A stretch of 64,000 nucleotides of DNA, from the IMG/VR virus record IMGVR_UViG_3300020419_000005; one strand, written 5' to 3'. The notes under the pieces were generated by a model. That model did not search any database. It saw only the letters and a program-made list of their open reading frames with translations, and was not told the origin of the DNA. How positions within the stretch are numbered: the first letter of the stretch is position 1; each line of letters opens with the position of its first letter. This document shows positions 38,174 to 46,762 of this stretch, piece after piece. Both the position numbers and the translations under genes were made by a program. The stretch is from a virus.

Positions 38174-39440
38174 CCACTAATGACTCAGGAGGTAGTCCAT
38201 TGATGAATATAGAATCTACAACTGTTTGTAATCTTCTGATTATATGCTTACCATAGTTTGCGTGGCAAGGTACGGTAACATATCCTGTTTTCTTCCTGTA
38301 AAAACTCAATGCACCCGCTTCAATTTTGCCCTCTCTAATGTCCTTAGAATCGTCTGTATCCATTCTAATTACTCTACCTATAGTTTGTGCCATAGACACC
38401 ACATCTAACTGTCTCAGGAGGATACAATGGGTCAATCCTGACACGTTGATACCTTCACTCAAGATACTGTAATGGAATATAATAAACTTCTTGTTTTTGT
38501 CTCTACCATATTGAGTGAGAGTATCGAAAAACTTTTCTCTGTTTACTTTTTGTCTATTAACATATGCACCAAACTTAGATGTAATATGCAAGAACTCAAA
38601 TCCACGTTTCTCAAGTTGATATATCAAATCGGTTTGAGACATCATTGCTCCCAACATTCTGCTAGACGGTACACTAACAAGAACCTTATGTGCATCATCA
38701 CTATCAAGTGTGTCCAGTATATCAGTAACAGTTTGACTATCAAGGTCAAATGCCTGTTTCCTGTCTCTATTCTCTTTAGTATGAAATGGAACTATGGTAG
38801 GAGGAATGATCGAACCATTGTCAATAAGTTCTTTTGCTTCAATATTACAAATAATATTTCCGTATATAGTTCCGTTGTTCATTCCCCTAGTATTGCGATA
38901 ACTAATACGAGGAGTAGCAGTAAAAAAATATGTGGATTTAGAATGACGAGAAATAGACTCAGTAGGAGGACTAAAAGACCTCGTAACAGAGTTATGTGCT
39001 TCGTCAAAATAAGCACCATCAATACTAATATCAGAATCGACAACACGTTTCAAAGAGTGATAAGTTGTAAAAATAATTAGATGTTTGGTACTATTGTCAA
39101 CAAAATTCTTGATTTTATCTGACTTAGTTGTGCTGTAGTAATGTGTTTCGCCACTATGAACGTGCATCACATCAATACCAACATTATAGTTACCATCAAG
39201 ATTCTGCTCTAGAAACTCTGAGCATAACTGGTTCGCAAGTAATATGCGTGGTGCAACAACAATAAAAGTTTTAGGATACCAATGTAGAGTTCCGCCTTCT
39301 GTTGTTTTTAATCGTCTTGTAAGATCGTGTATCATACACATAGTCTTACCACCACCAGTAGGTACAATGACCTGACCTTTGGAGTGGTTCTTCATAATAT
39401 CGACAATACGTTTTTGGTGTGGTCGTAATGTAATCATCAA
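38169..39440 (-). CDS. Superfamily 2 (DEAH, ResIII-like) helicase
   Basis: LRPHQ, PTGGGKT, APRILLANQ, DEAH, TATP, LSEGIN and QTIGRVIR motifs. Confidence 0.9.
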   Translation of the reverse strand: MMITLRPHQKRIVDIMKNHSKGQVIVPTGGGKTMCMIHDLTRRLKTTEGGTLHWYPKTFIVVAPRILLANQLCSEFLEQNLDGNYNVGIDVMHVHSGETHYYSTTKSDKIKNFVDNSTKHLIIFTTYHSLKRVVDSDISIDGAYFDEAHNSVTRSFSPPTESISRHSKSTYFFTATPRISYRNTRGMNNGTIYGNIICNIEAKELIDNGSIIPPTIVPFHTKENRDRKQAFDLDSQTVTDILDTLDSDDAHKVLVSVPSSRMLGAMMSQTDLIYQLEKRGFEFLHITSKFGAYVNRQKVNREKFFDTLTQYGRDKNKKFIIFHYSILSEGINVSGLTHCILLRQLDVVSMAQTIGRVIRMDTDDSKDIREGKIEAGALSFYRKKTGYVTVPCHANYGKHIIRRLQTVVDSIFINGLPPESLVV

Positions 39441-39654
39441 AGTGTTTTAATTCACTCCATCATAAACATAAAAACCCCACGTTTCAATGTGGAGTGTGAC
39501 AGTTATTAAATTGGTTACTTGATACAATAATCTGCATCAACCTTACATAGTTCTTCTTGTAGTCTCTGGTTTCTCTCATTCCTGTCAATTTTAAATGTTG
39601 TACGAATGAGTGATAAAAACACAAGTCCAATAAAAATATATAACAAATAAGGTT

Positions 39655-39891
39655 TCATAATGTTTTATCGTAAGTATCTTTGAGTCTATTCAACTCATTG
39701 TGAATATACTCTAGTTTTTCCTGTAAGTACTCACTTGTCGGATATTCTGCTACTTGACAATGAATTGACTCTACTTGTCTCATCACTATCTGTATGTCAG
39801 GTACATCAAACTTTTGTACTTGTTCAGTTTCAAGGTTGGTATAGTTTATCCTTCCTTGATTCCAATCAAATGTTTCGTAGTCGCCACTCAT
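39655..39891 (-). CDS. Hypothetical protein
   Basis: ORF track; coupled. Confidence 0.55.
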   Translation of the reverse strand: MSGDYETFDWNQGRINYTNLETEQVQKFDVPDIQIVMRQVESIHCQVAEYPTSEYLQEKLEYIHNELNRLKDTYDKTL

Positions 39892-40085
39892 AAACCTAAT
39901 TCCTCCTGTAATCCTTTTAAAATGATTTGTTCTAATTGTGCTTGAGATAACTCATTAAGCATTGCCCAACGTGGGTCTTTTTTATCCCACTCTAACATAA
40001 ATGAACCATCCTCATTTTGTATAATGTCTAACCCTTCATTTGGGTCAGAATCCAATTCCACTTTGTTTAGTTCTTTTGGCATCAA
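39888..40085 (-). CDS. Conserved cyanophage hypothetical protein (NEDGSF.LEWD..DP.W)
   Basis: ORF track; motif. Confidence 0.6.
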   Translation of the reverse strand: MMPKELNKVELDSDPNEGLDIIQNEDGSFMLEWDKKDPRWAMLNELSQAQLEQIILKGLQEELGL

Positions 40086-40287
40086 TAACCTCTACTTTAT
40101 CAATAAGTTGATTGTAATTCCACCAACATTCTAACACCTCTTCATAACTTTGTAAAACCTTAACAGATTTATCTTTACAATGTACCCTATACCAATTTCT
40201 GTCATAAGGTTTATTTGATGTATTTGTAAAGTGTTCTAGTGGAACTATCATACGACTTTCCCTTCTTTCACTTCCATATAATCCCAA
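40045..40287 (-). CDS. Conserved cyanophage hypothetical protein (TSNKPYDR motif)
   Basis: ORF track; true start may be the internal Met. Confidence 0.55.
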   Translation of the reverse strand: MGLYGSERRESRMIVPLEHFTNTSNKPYDRNWYRVHCKDKSVKVLQSYEEVLECWWNYNQLIDKVEVIDAKRTKQSGIGF

Positions 40288-40472
40288 TTAGGGTCGTCTG
40301 GAGGGTCAATCCAAAACCAATATTCACGATTATATTCTGATGATACGAAAATCCTACCATCTTCCCTCTTATTCTCTATATATACGAAAGTGCTACCTCC
40401 CATATATGTTGCAAGGTTGATTTTTGCCTGTTCAGACTTTGCTTGAACTATTGCCAGTTGCCTTAATCCCAT
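40248..40472 (-). CDS. Hypothetical protein
   Basis: ORF track. Confidence 0.55.
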   Translation of the reverse strand: MGLRQLAIVQAKSEQAKINLATYMGGSTFVYIENKREDGRIFVSSEYNREYWFWIDPPDDPNWDYMEVKEGKVV

Positions 40473-40614
40473 TTTCTTTTAAAGAGTTCTTCGTGTACCT
40501 TTTGATGTAAATCTTTGAGTTTGATACCATTATCATTCTCAATTTGTACCTGATTAGATGTTGATGTCAACATCATACAAGACTCAAGTGCTTGTAGTTC
40601 GTCTTTTGATAAGA

Positions 40615-40941
40615 TCATCTTTTTTTAATAGGTGGTAACATTTCATTTCCAGGGTGGTCATTGGTTTTTCCCCTGTAATTCTTTACATTTTTGAAGTGTG
40701 AATCTTCAATCTCTAAATCATCCCAATCGGATTGCATAACGATTACATTTACCTGTCGTACCCCAGTTCGGAAACTTTCGTCAGGTATTTCTCTAACACA
40801 AATAGTGATGTATTCATTACATATAAAACTGATAAATCCCTCATCATTTTTATACCTACAGGGCATACCAACTTCGAGAGATTTTAAAATGTTTCTAATT
40901 TCCAATGGAATTGACTCTGATAGAAATAGTGGGGTTGTCAT
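40615..40941 (-). CDS. Conserved cyanophage hypothetical protein
   Basis: G.I.FIC..YITICV motif; coupled. Confidence 0.6.
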   Translation of the reverse strand: MTTPLFLSESIPLEIRNILKSLEVGMPCRYKNDEGFISFICNEYITICVREIPDESFRTGVRQVNVIVMQSDWDDLEIEDSHFKNVKNYRGKTNDHPGNEMLPPIKKR

Positions 40942-41483
40942 TTAAGATAGAATTCTAGGATACTTCCGTTTGCTCCCATTTTTTCAATGTCGAGTGCCAT
41001 TGAACTAGGATATATGCAAAAGTTCCCCTCCATAGGAGTGAATTGAAATTCATTTGAATTTAATAAGTTTTGATTACTAAATTCTAAATCCTTACCAGTA
41101 AACCATTGCTCTGAATTATCAAAGAATGTCATACTGGACTCTGGATTGTCAATGAAATATACTCCAGTAAATATATTATCATAATTTGGTAGTAAGTGCA
41201 ATGATTGTCCTTGTTTCAACCTATTGACATATGACTCTGTGAGTGTTAATTGAGTATTCAATCCAACTAATCCAGACATCAACTCTAATTGAGAGTATAT
41301 CAAGGTTTTCCACGCAACTTGTTTTGTTGCAACATTATTGTTTACACTTTTACCTGTCTCATTGTCAACTAAAATTGCGTTTGCGTGTTGTTTAGTTCCT
41401 TGTTGAGACTCGCATTGTTGTATGTAAATCGGTTTACCGAAAACTGGTAACAGATCAACACTCTGGAATTGTACTCGATTCAT
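40938..41483 (-). CDS. Degenerate TIGR02466-like 2OG-Fe(II) oxygenase paralogue
   Basis: Keeps F.KPIY, ESYVN, TGVYFI and P.EG.F.IYPS but lacks the HxH and the distal His. Confidence 0.6.
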   Translation of the reverse strand: MNRVQFQSVDLLPVFGKPIYIQQCESQQGTKQHANAILVDNETGKSVNNNVATKQVAWKTLIYSQLELMSGLVGLNTQLTLTESYVNRLKQGQSLHLLPNYDNIFTGVYFIDNPESSMTFFDNSEQWFTGKDLEFSNQNLLNSNEFQFTPMEGNFCIYPSSMALDIEKMGANGSILEFYLK

Positions 41484-41679
41484 TATGTTTCAAATGTAGT
41501 AGTTCACAAATTTCATCAACGACAGAGAGATTCACTTTCAATAGTTCATCATCTATAAACTCTTTAGAGTTTTTTAAATACAAATCACTCATATACAGAG
41601 CGATTGCCTTTTTAACAATGCCTCTCTGTCTCTCATCTAATATGCGTGATTTTAAATTCATCAGAATTGTGGTGTCCAT
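41455..41679 (-). CDS. Hypothetical protein
   Basis: ORF track; ATTAAATA late-like element at about 41701-41708. Confidence 0.55.
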   Translation of the reverse strand: MDTTILMNLKSRILDERQRGIVKKAIALYMSDLYLKNSKEFIDDELLKVNLSVVDEICELLHLKHNESSTIPEC

Positions 41680-41712
41680 AATACTATGTATTATAGCGTC
41701 TATTTAATGTTG

Positions 41713-42345
41713 TCAAGGGGCAACATTAAAAGATAATGTGATTCTGTTAGCGTGTCCTGACCCCTCATATCCGTGTTGCATATTTGGAGGGTGAATGATT
41801 ATATCACCTTCTTCATAAGGTACAACAGCATCTAATTGATTAAATGCGTTCATTTGTGTTGTAGGATATTGAATTATAGGATAATGTGATGATATTATAT
41901 TTCTTCTAAACTTCATCATAGGGTGCTGATTATCATTAAAATTTATATAATAAGTCCCTGAGTAAAGAACATTACTATGTTCGTGTGGTGCATACAAAGC
42001 ACCCTCCTGTCCCAATTCCAAATAACTATCAGCAAAGTGTGTCCCATCAGTTAATTCATATGCAAATGCTTGTTTATTTACTTCATTAACTGCAATTTTG
42101 ATCTCGTTTTTTAATTCTTTAAATTCTGGTAGTTCAAGTATTTGATGATCTCCTAATTGTGCCACATTGACAGATATACTAGGATGTTTATTTTCTAATT
42201 TAGAACCATCTAAATCTGCAATATACTGCATAATTATAGTTTTAAATTTTGCGTGGTTCTTTACCTTATACTTACCTACTGGTTGCATAAACAAACCATA
42301 TACGTTAGTCTGTGCTACGTTTTCTAGTGAGTCTGATAAGTTCAT
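41713..42345 (-). CDS. TIGR02466-like 2OG-Fe(II) oxygenase
   Basis: PHEHSN..YSGTYY, HP..MQH, RITLSFN. Confidence 0.85.
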   Translation of the reverse strand: MNLSDSLENVAQTNVYGLFMQPVGKYKVKNHAKFKTIIMQYIADLDGSKLENKHPSISVNVAQLGDHQILELPEFKELKNEIKIAVNEVNKQAFAYELTDGTHFADSYLELGQEGALYAPHEHSNVLYSGTYYINFNDNQHPMMKFRRNIISSHYPIIQYPTTQMNAFNQLDAVVPYEEGDIIIHPPNMQHGYEGSGHANRITLSFNVAP

Positions 42346-43064
42346 AATAATGGAATGAGTGAGAATTGATCGTCAGGTAGTGTTGACTGGGTTATAATAT
42401 CGAACCCTAAAGTAATCCTATCGCCTTCATAATCGTTGTTAACTACGACTTTGTGCATCCTTGAAAACCCAGGCCCCAAGTATATATTTCCAATTTGATT
42501 GTGTATATTATAATCATATGAACCCTCTGGTAAATACTCTCTGAATTTTGTTATTGAGTCTTTTGGGTCAATACTAATATACCCGTGCCACGGGAAATGA
42601 TGATCGTGCCAATCTAATACTTGATCTGGTTTATGGAAATTCATCCAACATTGTATCCATAGTGGGTCATCAGGGTTCACACCAAAGTTACTTAAGTGTT
42701 TCCTCGTGATTGCACTAATTTCTTTTAATAGATGATAGAACAACGGACTAGGTGAAGTTAGATTGAATACATTATAAAATCTATATCCACTTAGGTCTCC
42801 CGATTTCATATCTTGTAGTTGTTTCATATCTTCCTCTCGTGCATCTACCTGAGAAAATAAATCTGGTAGTGCATCAAGTGTCAATCCATCATTCTTTAAT
42901 GATGAATCAAACCCTGTAAAAGTATTCTTGAATAGACGATATGCTCTACCAAGTTGTACTTTCATTTCCTCTGATTCATTAGATACAACGTCTGATTTAC
43001 AAACTACCCAATCCTCGCCAGAGTCAATTAAATTTGGTTCGTAGTTACGCATTTGAGTAAGCAT
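42342..43064 (-). CDS. 2OG-Fe(II) oxygenase-like protein
   Basis: CWMN, WHDH, MHKV, RITLGFD. Confidence 0.75.
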   Translation of the reverse strand: MLTQMRNYEPNLIDSGEDWVVCKSDVVSNESEEMKVQLGRAYRLFKNTFTGFDSSLKNDGLTLDALPDLFSQVDAREEDMKQLQDMKSGDLSGYRFYNVFNLTSPSPLFYHLLKEISAITRKHLSNFGVNPDDPLWIQCWMNFHKPDQVLDWHDHHFPWHGYISIDPKDSITKFREYLPEGSYDYNIHNQIGNIYLGPGFSRMHKVVVNNDYEGDRITLGFDIITQSTLPDDQFSLIPLL

Positions 43065-43707
43065 TTTGTGGTATGGGATTCTTTGATATGTTTATATTTA
43101 CTACTGGTCTCCACGTCTTGTTTGGAGTTGTTGATGCGTGGAATAGATCTCCTTTAAATGCTACTGCTCTACCCTTTTTAGGACTAACTCTAGTCATTTC
43201 TGTGAAGTTATCCTCTTTTAAGTATTTGTTGTAGTCATAATCATTTAGTGTCCTCTCATTGTAGATTACTGTATCTCCATCAGAGTCATCTAAGTAATAG
43301 ATTACATTCCAACTGTCTGGAACATATGAATCAATGTGTGGTAACTGAGTAACATTCTGGAACATAGCGGGAACACAATTAACTCTCATTCTCATTAAAT
43401 TATATGCACTAATATAATCCATAACATTAAGTGCCATAGGAACAAATGCGTTACTTAGTGGGGATAAGTTTCCACCTTTATCACACTCATACATATAATG
43501 AAAATTACAGAACCCATTTCTGGGGTCTGCTGAGTTAGCATCCATAATTGCTGAGTCTTTTCTGTGCCACATCAGGTTGTCGTCTTTAATTAAAGATAAT
43601 AACCACTCTTGATATGTTAATGATATAAAATCATCAAGAATCACATAATTTGAGTCGATTGCAGTTATGGGGTCACTCTTAACGTTAGTCATCGAGATCA
43701 TCTTCAT
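43045..43707 (-). CDS. 2OG-Fe(II) oxygenase
   Basis: PHID, IYYLDDSDGDT, FHAS, R.VVNIN. Confidence 0.85.
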   Translation of the reverse strand: MKMISMTNVKSDPITAIDSNYVILDDFISLTYQEWLLSLIKDDNLMWHRKDSAIMDANSADPRNGFCNFHYMYECDKGGNLSPLSNAFVPMALNVMDYISAYNLMRMRVNCVPAMFQNVTQLPHIDSYVPDSWNVIYYLDDSDGDTVIYNERTLNDYDYNKYLKEDNFTEMTRVSPKKGRAVAFKGDLFHASTTPNKTWRPVVNINISKNPIPQNAYSNA

Positions 43708-43924
43708 CCTCCCCTCTGAAAACTAATAATTCATCACCGTTTTTCACCTCTTGCATTTCGGGGTGTGATGTTCTGTATGGTTTCATAGCGTCACCATAAC
43801 TGTTAGTAGGTGATCTATCCATTTCTTTTAATGTTGCTGTCATCATCTTAAACATAAATGCAAAGGTCATTCCAAATAGTGCAACAAAGAAACACAAATA
43901 AATGAATACTGTGATTTCGTTCAT
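43685..43924 (-). CDS. Small membrane protein (DUF2973-like)
   Basis: N-terminal TM helix and HPEM motif. Confidence 0.6.
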   Translation of the reverse strand: MNEITVFIYLCFFVALFGMTFAFMFKMMTATLKEMDRSPTNSYGDAMKPYRTSHPEMQEVKNGDELLVFRGEDEDDLDD

Positions 43925-44000
43925 TTCTTAATGTTCTCCCATTGAATAATGAGAAATAATCCTAGTGTTACCCAAAACACTACTTCTAGTCCATAGTTAC

Positions 44001-44732
44001 TCATAATAGTTCCTCGATTGCTTCGTCATCTTCATCAAGACCCTCTCCAGTATTGTTTTCACACTTACCGTAGTATGGATCGTGATTTTGTCGTGATTGT
44101 TCATTTCTTACTAAATCACTTGCTGCTTCCCACGGAGAAGCAAGCATAGGTCTGCCATCCCATTTTCTGTCAGCATATTGTCCGTTCTTATCTACATAAG
44201 AAACGAAACATTGTATCTGTTCTTTGTTTCCTTCATAGTTAGGTCTCCAATGTAAATCTTCGTGTCCTTTAAAGATTACGGAATCACCTGTTTCCAGAAA
44301 CAATTCGTGTTGTTCACCTTTTACATCTATAAAGAATGACCATTTATATTGTGGGTCTGCTGTAACACATATGTTACCTACCCACTCCCCAGAAGTCCTA
44401 TCTCTATGCTGATAACACTCTGTATTCTTTACATATAATCTACCATAACTAAATGTTTGCCATAATTGTTTTTCAATTAATGACTCAACAAATGGTTTAT
44501 GATACTGTCCTAATGCTTCAAAACATACAGGGCAATACATACTAAATGCCCCTGGCATTGTGGGGTCTCCCATTGGCATATCAGGGTATTGGAACTGTAC
44601 AACATCTTTAATCATATGATATTCAAGTGCTGTATGTTCACATAATTCTTTTGGAACTGCACTACGGGCAACAAAAAGACGATCCTCTACTAGAACCTCA
44701 ACTGCTACTCCTTCGTGATTAATTGTTCTCAT
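44001..44732 (-). CDS. 2OG-Fe(II) oxygenase
   Basis: SYGRLY, HRDR, L..GD.VIFKG...HWR. Confidence 0.8.
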   Translation of the reverse strand: MRTINHEGVAVEVLVEDRLFVARSAVPKELCEHTALEYHMIKDVVQFQYPDMPMGDPTMPGAFSMYCPVCFEALGQYHKPFVESLIEKQLWQTFSYGRLYVKNTECYQHRDRTSGEWVGNICVTADPQYKWSFFIDVKGEQHELFLETGDSVIFKGHEDLHWRPNYEGNKEQIQCFVSYVDKNGQYADRKWDGRPMLASPWEAASDLVRNEQSRQNHDPYYGKCENNTGEGLDEDDEAIEELL

Positions 44733-45358
44733 AATACTTTACCAAAAAATACTAATGTTAATCGACCTGTGTTGATGTCCGTTCCAAAGTAATTACCACC
44801 TGAGTGATACTTTCTACCATCAAATATAATGCAACGATTAAAACGTGCTTCGACTGAAGTATTAGGAATGAAATGTTTATTACAGTCCAATCTTAATTTG
44901 TTTAACCGTTTTCTCAATTCAACATCATCTGTAGTTACATTTGATTTGAATTCTTTTTCGTAATTGATACTGTCATCATTACTGGGTACATCATATAATA
45001 TTGTACCACATCCCTGTGGATTTGTCTCGTTTAAATATATCAAACCACCGATACCATAATCGTCATCATCCCTATGTATCCACCCCGATTCATAATCCTC
45101 TGTGCATATATGGAATGTTGCATCTAATTTCTCAAAGTATGATGCGTGTGGTATATACTGAATTAATTTTTGTGCTAACTTCTGATGAAAACGATAATCA
45201 TTTTCGTGTAGTAATGGAGTTGCTCTTGTACCTGACCAATAACCACCTGACGGATGTTTGGCAGCAGGTAAATAATTTAATTTCAATGCCCAATCTCTTA
45301 CGAGTGTGGGTGTCTCGAAGAAATCATCTATAACTGTTGTAGGATAATTATATGACAT
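44729..45358 (-). CDS. 2OG-Fe(II) oxygenase (DUF6445-like)
   Basis: VIDDFF, WIHRD, GLIYLN, FNR, YHS, RLTLVFF. Confidence 0.85.
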   Translation of the reverse strand: MSYNYPTTVIDDFFETPTLVRDWALKLNYLPAAKHPSGGYWSGTRATPLLHENDYRFHQKLAQKLIQYIPHASYFEKLDATFHICTEDYESGWIHRDDDDYGIGGLIYLNETNPQGCGTILYDVPSNDDSINYEKEFKSNVTTDDVELRKRLNKLRLDCNKHFIPNTSVEARFNRCIIFDGRKYHSGGNYFGTDINTGRLTLVFFGKVL

Positions 45359-45884
45359 AGTTAAAATTTAAAACCAACCTGTGTGAGTTTTCTCTAGGGC
45401 AACTGGATGAATGATATGTCAGACCGTCAAAAGTTACGATCCTACCTTTTTTAGGTGTCACCTTTTTAATTATATTGCCATCATTATCAAAGAAATATGT
45501 ATCACCATCACTATCATTTACATAGTATAGTGTTGTGGTATGTGGCATATCTGCATCAACGTGTGCGTGATTATAACCCATATTTGTTTGTAATAACAGT
45601 CCACCTTTTGCTCTTAACAACTGATGATTTGGATTATCTACTATAGTTAGAAACAATGGAAATAAAAAATCCCAATAACGTGATTCGTGTTCGTTTTGTT
45701 TATCATAAAATAAATGTGCAAATCCAGTAGTTCCTGTTGCATTTGCATTTATATTCTTTGCTACATCCTGTTCTCTGTATGTGACATCCTGTAAAAATGT
45801 CCACGGGAATACCGTGTTAGTCATCATACTGTAAATTCTGTCCTGATATAACTCAGGTATTATGTCATCTTTAATCGCAATCAT
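45348..45884 (-). CDS. 2OG-Fe(II) oxygenase
   Basis: AHVD, LYYVNDSDGDT, YHSS, RLVLNFN. Confidence 0.85.
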   Translation of the reverse strand: MIAIKDDIIPELYQDRIYSMMTNTVFPWTFLQDVTYREQDVAKNINANATGTTGFAHLFYDKQNEHESRYWDFLFPLFLTIVDNPNHQLLRAKGGLLLQTNMGYNHAHVDADMPHTTTLYYVNDSDGDTYFFDNDGNIIKKVTPKKGRIVTFDGLTYHSSSCPRENSHRLVLNFNYVI

Positions 45885-46470
45885 AATTAATAGTTAGACA
45901 AACTCTATCTTCATCAGTTTGGTTAACCTGTGTCCTATGTTTTAACCACCCTGGAAATACTATTATATCATTTGTTTCTACTTTTATCTCTTTCCATAAA
46001 GACATTTGAGGTTCCCCTGGACTTCCCCATCTGTGGTATTCCAACGGGTCTCGGTACTCAAAGTTTCCACCTTTATCAGGTGCTTTTAAATAACAACTAA
46101 CAACCATAGGGCATTGATTATGATAATGTTCCATAGTCTTTCCCGTTTTTTTATGTACGTTCACCCAAGAACGAACGGGTTTTGTTATCTTGTTACTGTA
46201 TCCCCAATGTGTCCATATCTCTTGCAATTTTGGTTGTAAAAATACAAGTAAGTCCTCTAACACTTCCCAATTATGTGGGGAATGTTCTTGATTATATACT
46301 GTGGAAAATGATGCACCAGTTTCTAATGCTGATCCAGTTCCATAGTTCTGTAGAGTATGGTCTATCAGTTTACCGATATGTTCTTGTAGAGACTCTCCTT
46401 CGTATGCAAACTCGTATTTGAGTTTCCATAACCAATGAACCTCATCTAATGGTTCAAGATGATGATCCAC
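45871..46470 (-). CDS. TIGR02466-like 2OG-Fe(II) oxygenase
   Basis: SWVN, EHYH, FPGWLKH, DRVCLTIN. Confidence 0.85.
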   Translation of the reverse strand: MDHHLEPLDEVHWLWKLKYEFAYEGESLQEHIGKLIDHTLQNYGTGSALETGASFSTVYNQEHSPHNWEVLEDLLVFLQPKLQEIWTHWGYSNKITKPVRSWVNVHKKTGKTMEHYHNQCPMVVSCYLKAPDKGGNFEYRDPLEYHRWGSPGEPQMSLWKEIKVETNDIIVFPGWLKHRTQVNQTDEDRVCLTINYDCD

Positions 46471-46762
46471 CTATAATCTCCATTTCTTCATTTCCTCCAC
46501 CACCTTCGACCTCAAGGTTGTTTGGAATAGAAACTTCACTATCATCACCAAGAACATCACGTTTACATATTAATAAGGCATCAATAGCACCTTCTAATTG
46601 TGATTTTTTCTTGATTGCTTGAGATCTTTTTTCAAACTCAATAGTTGTTACACCATATGGGTTTAATTTTTTGTCAGCAAATTCTGTATCATAAGATTCA
46701 ATCTCAGTATCTACCTGTTGCTGTTGCAGGTAAAAGTTTTGGATTAGTTCATCAATAGTCAT
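46454..46762 (-). CDS. Hypothetical coiled-coil protein
   Basis: ORF track; QLEGAIDAL; coupled. Confidence 0.6.
   Translation of the reverse strand: MTIDELIQNFYLQQQQVDTEIESYDTEFADKKLNPYGVTTIEFEKRSQAIKKKSQLEGAIDALLICKRDVLGDDSEVSIPNNLEVEGGGGNEEMEIIGGSSS

Noticed and set aside
38472-39080. 202-aa plus-strand ORF
   Set aside because: Antisense to the well-supported helicase; no recognisable motifs
41713-46470. Non-heme iron halogenases among the oxygenases
   Set aside because: All intact copies have HxD or HxH, not the HxA/HxG signature
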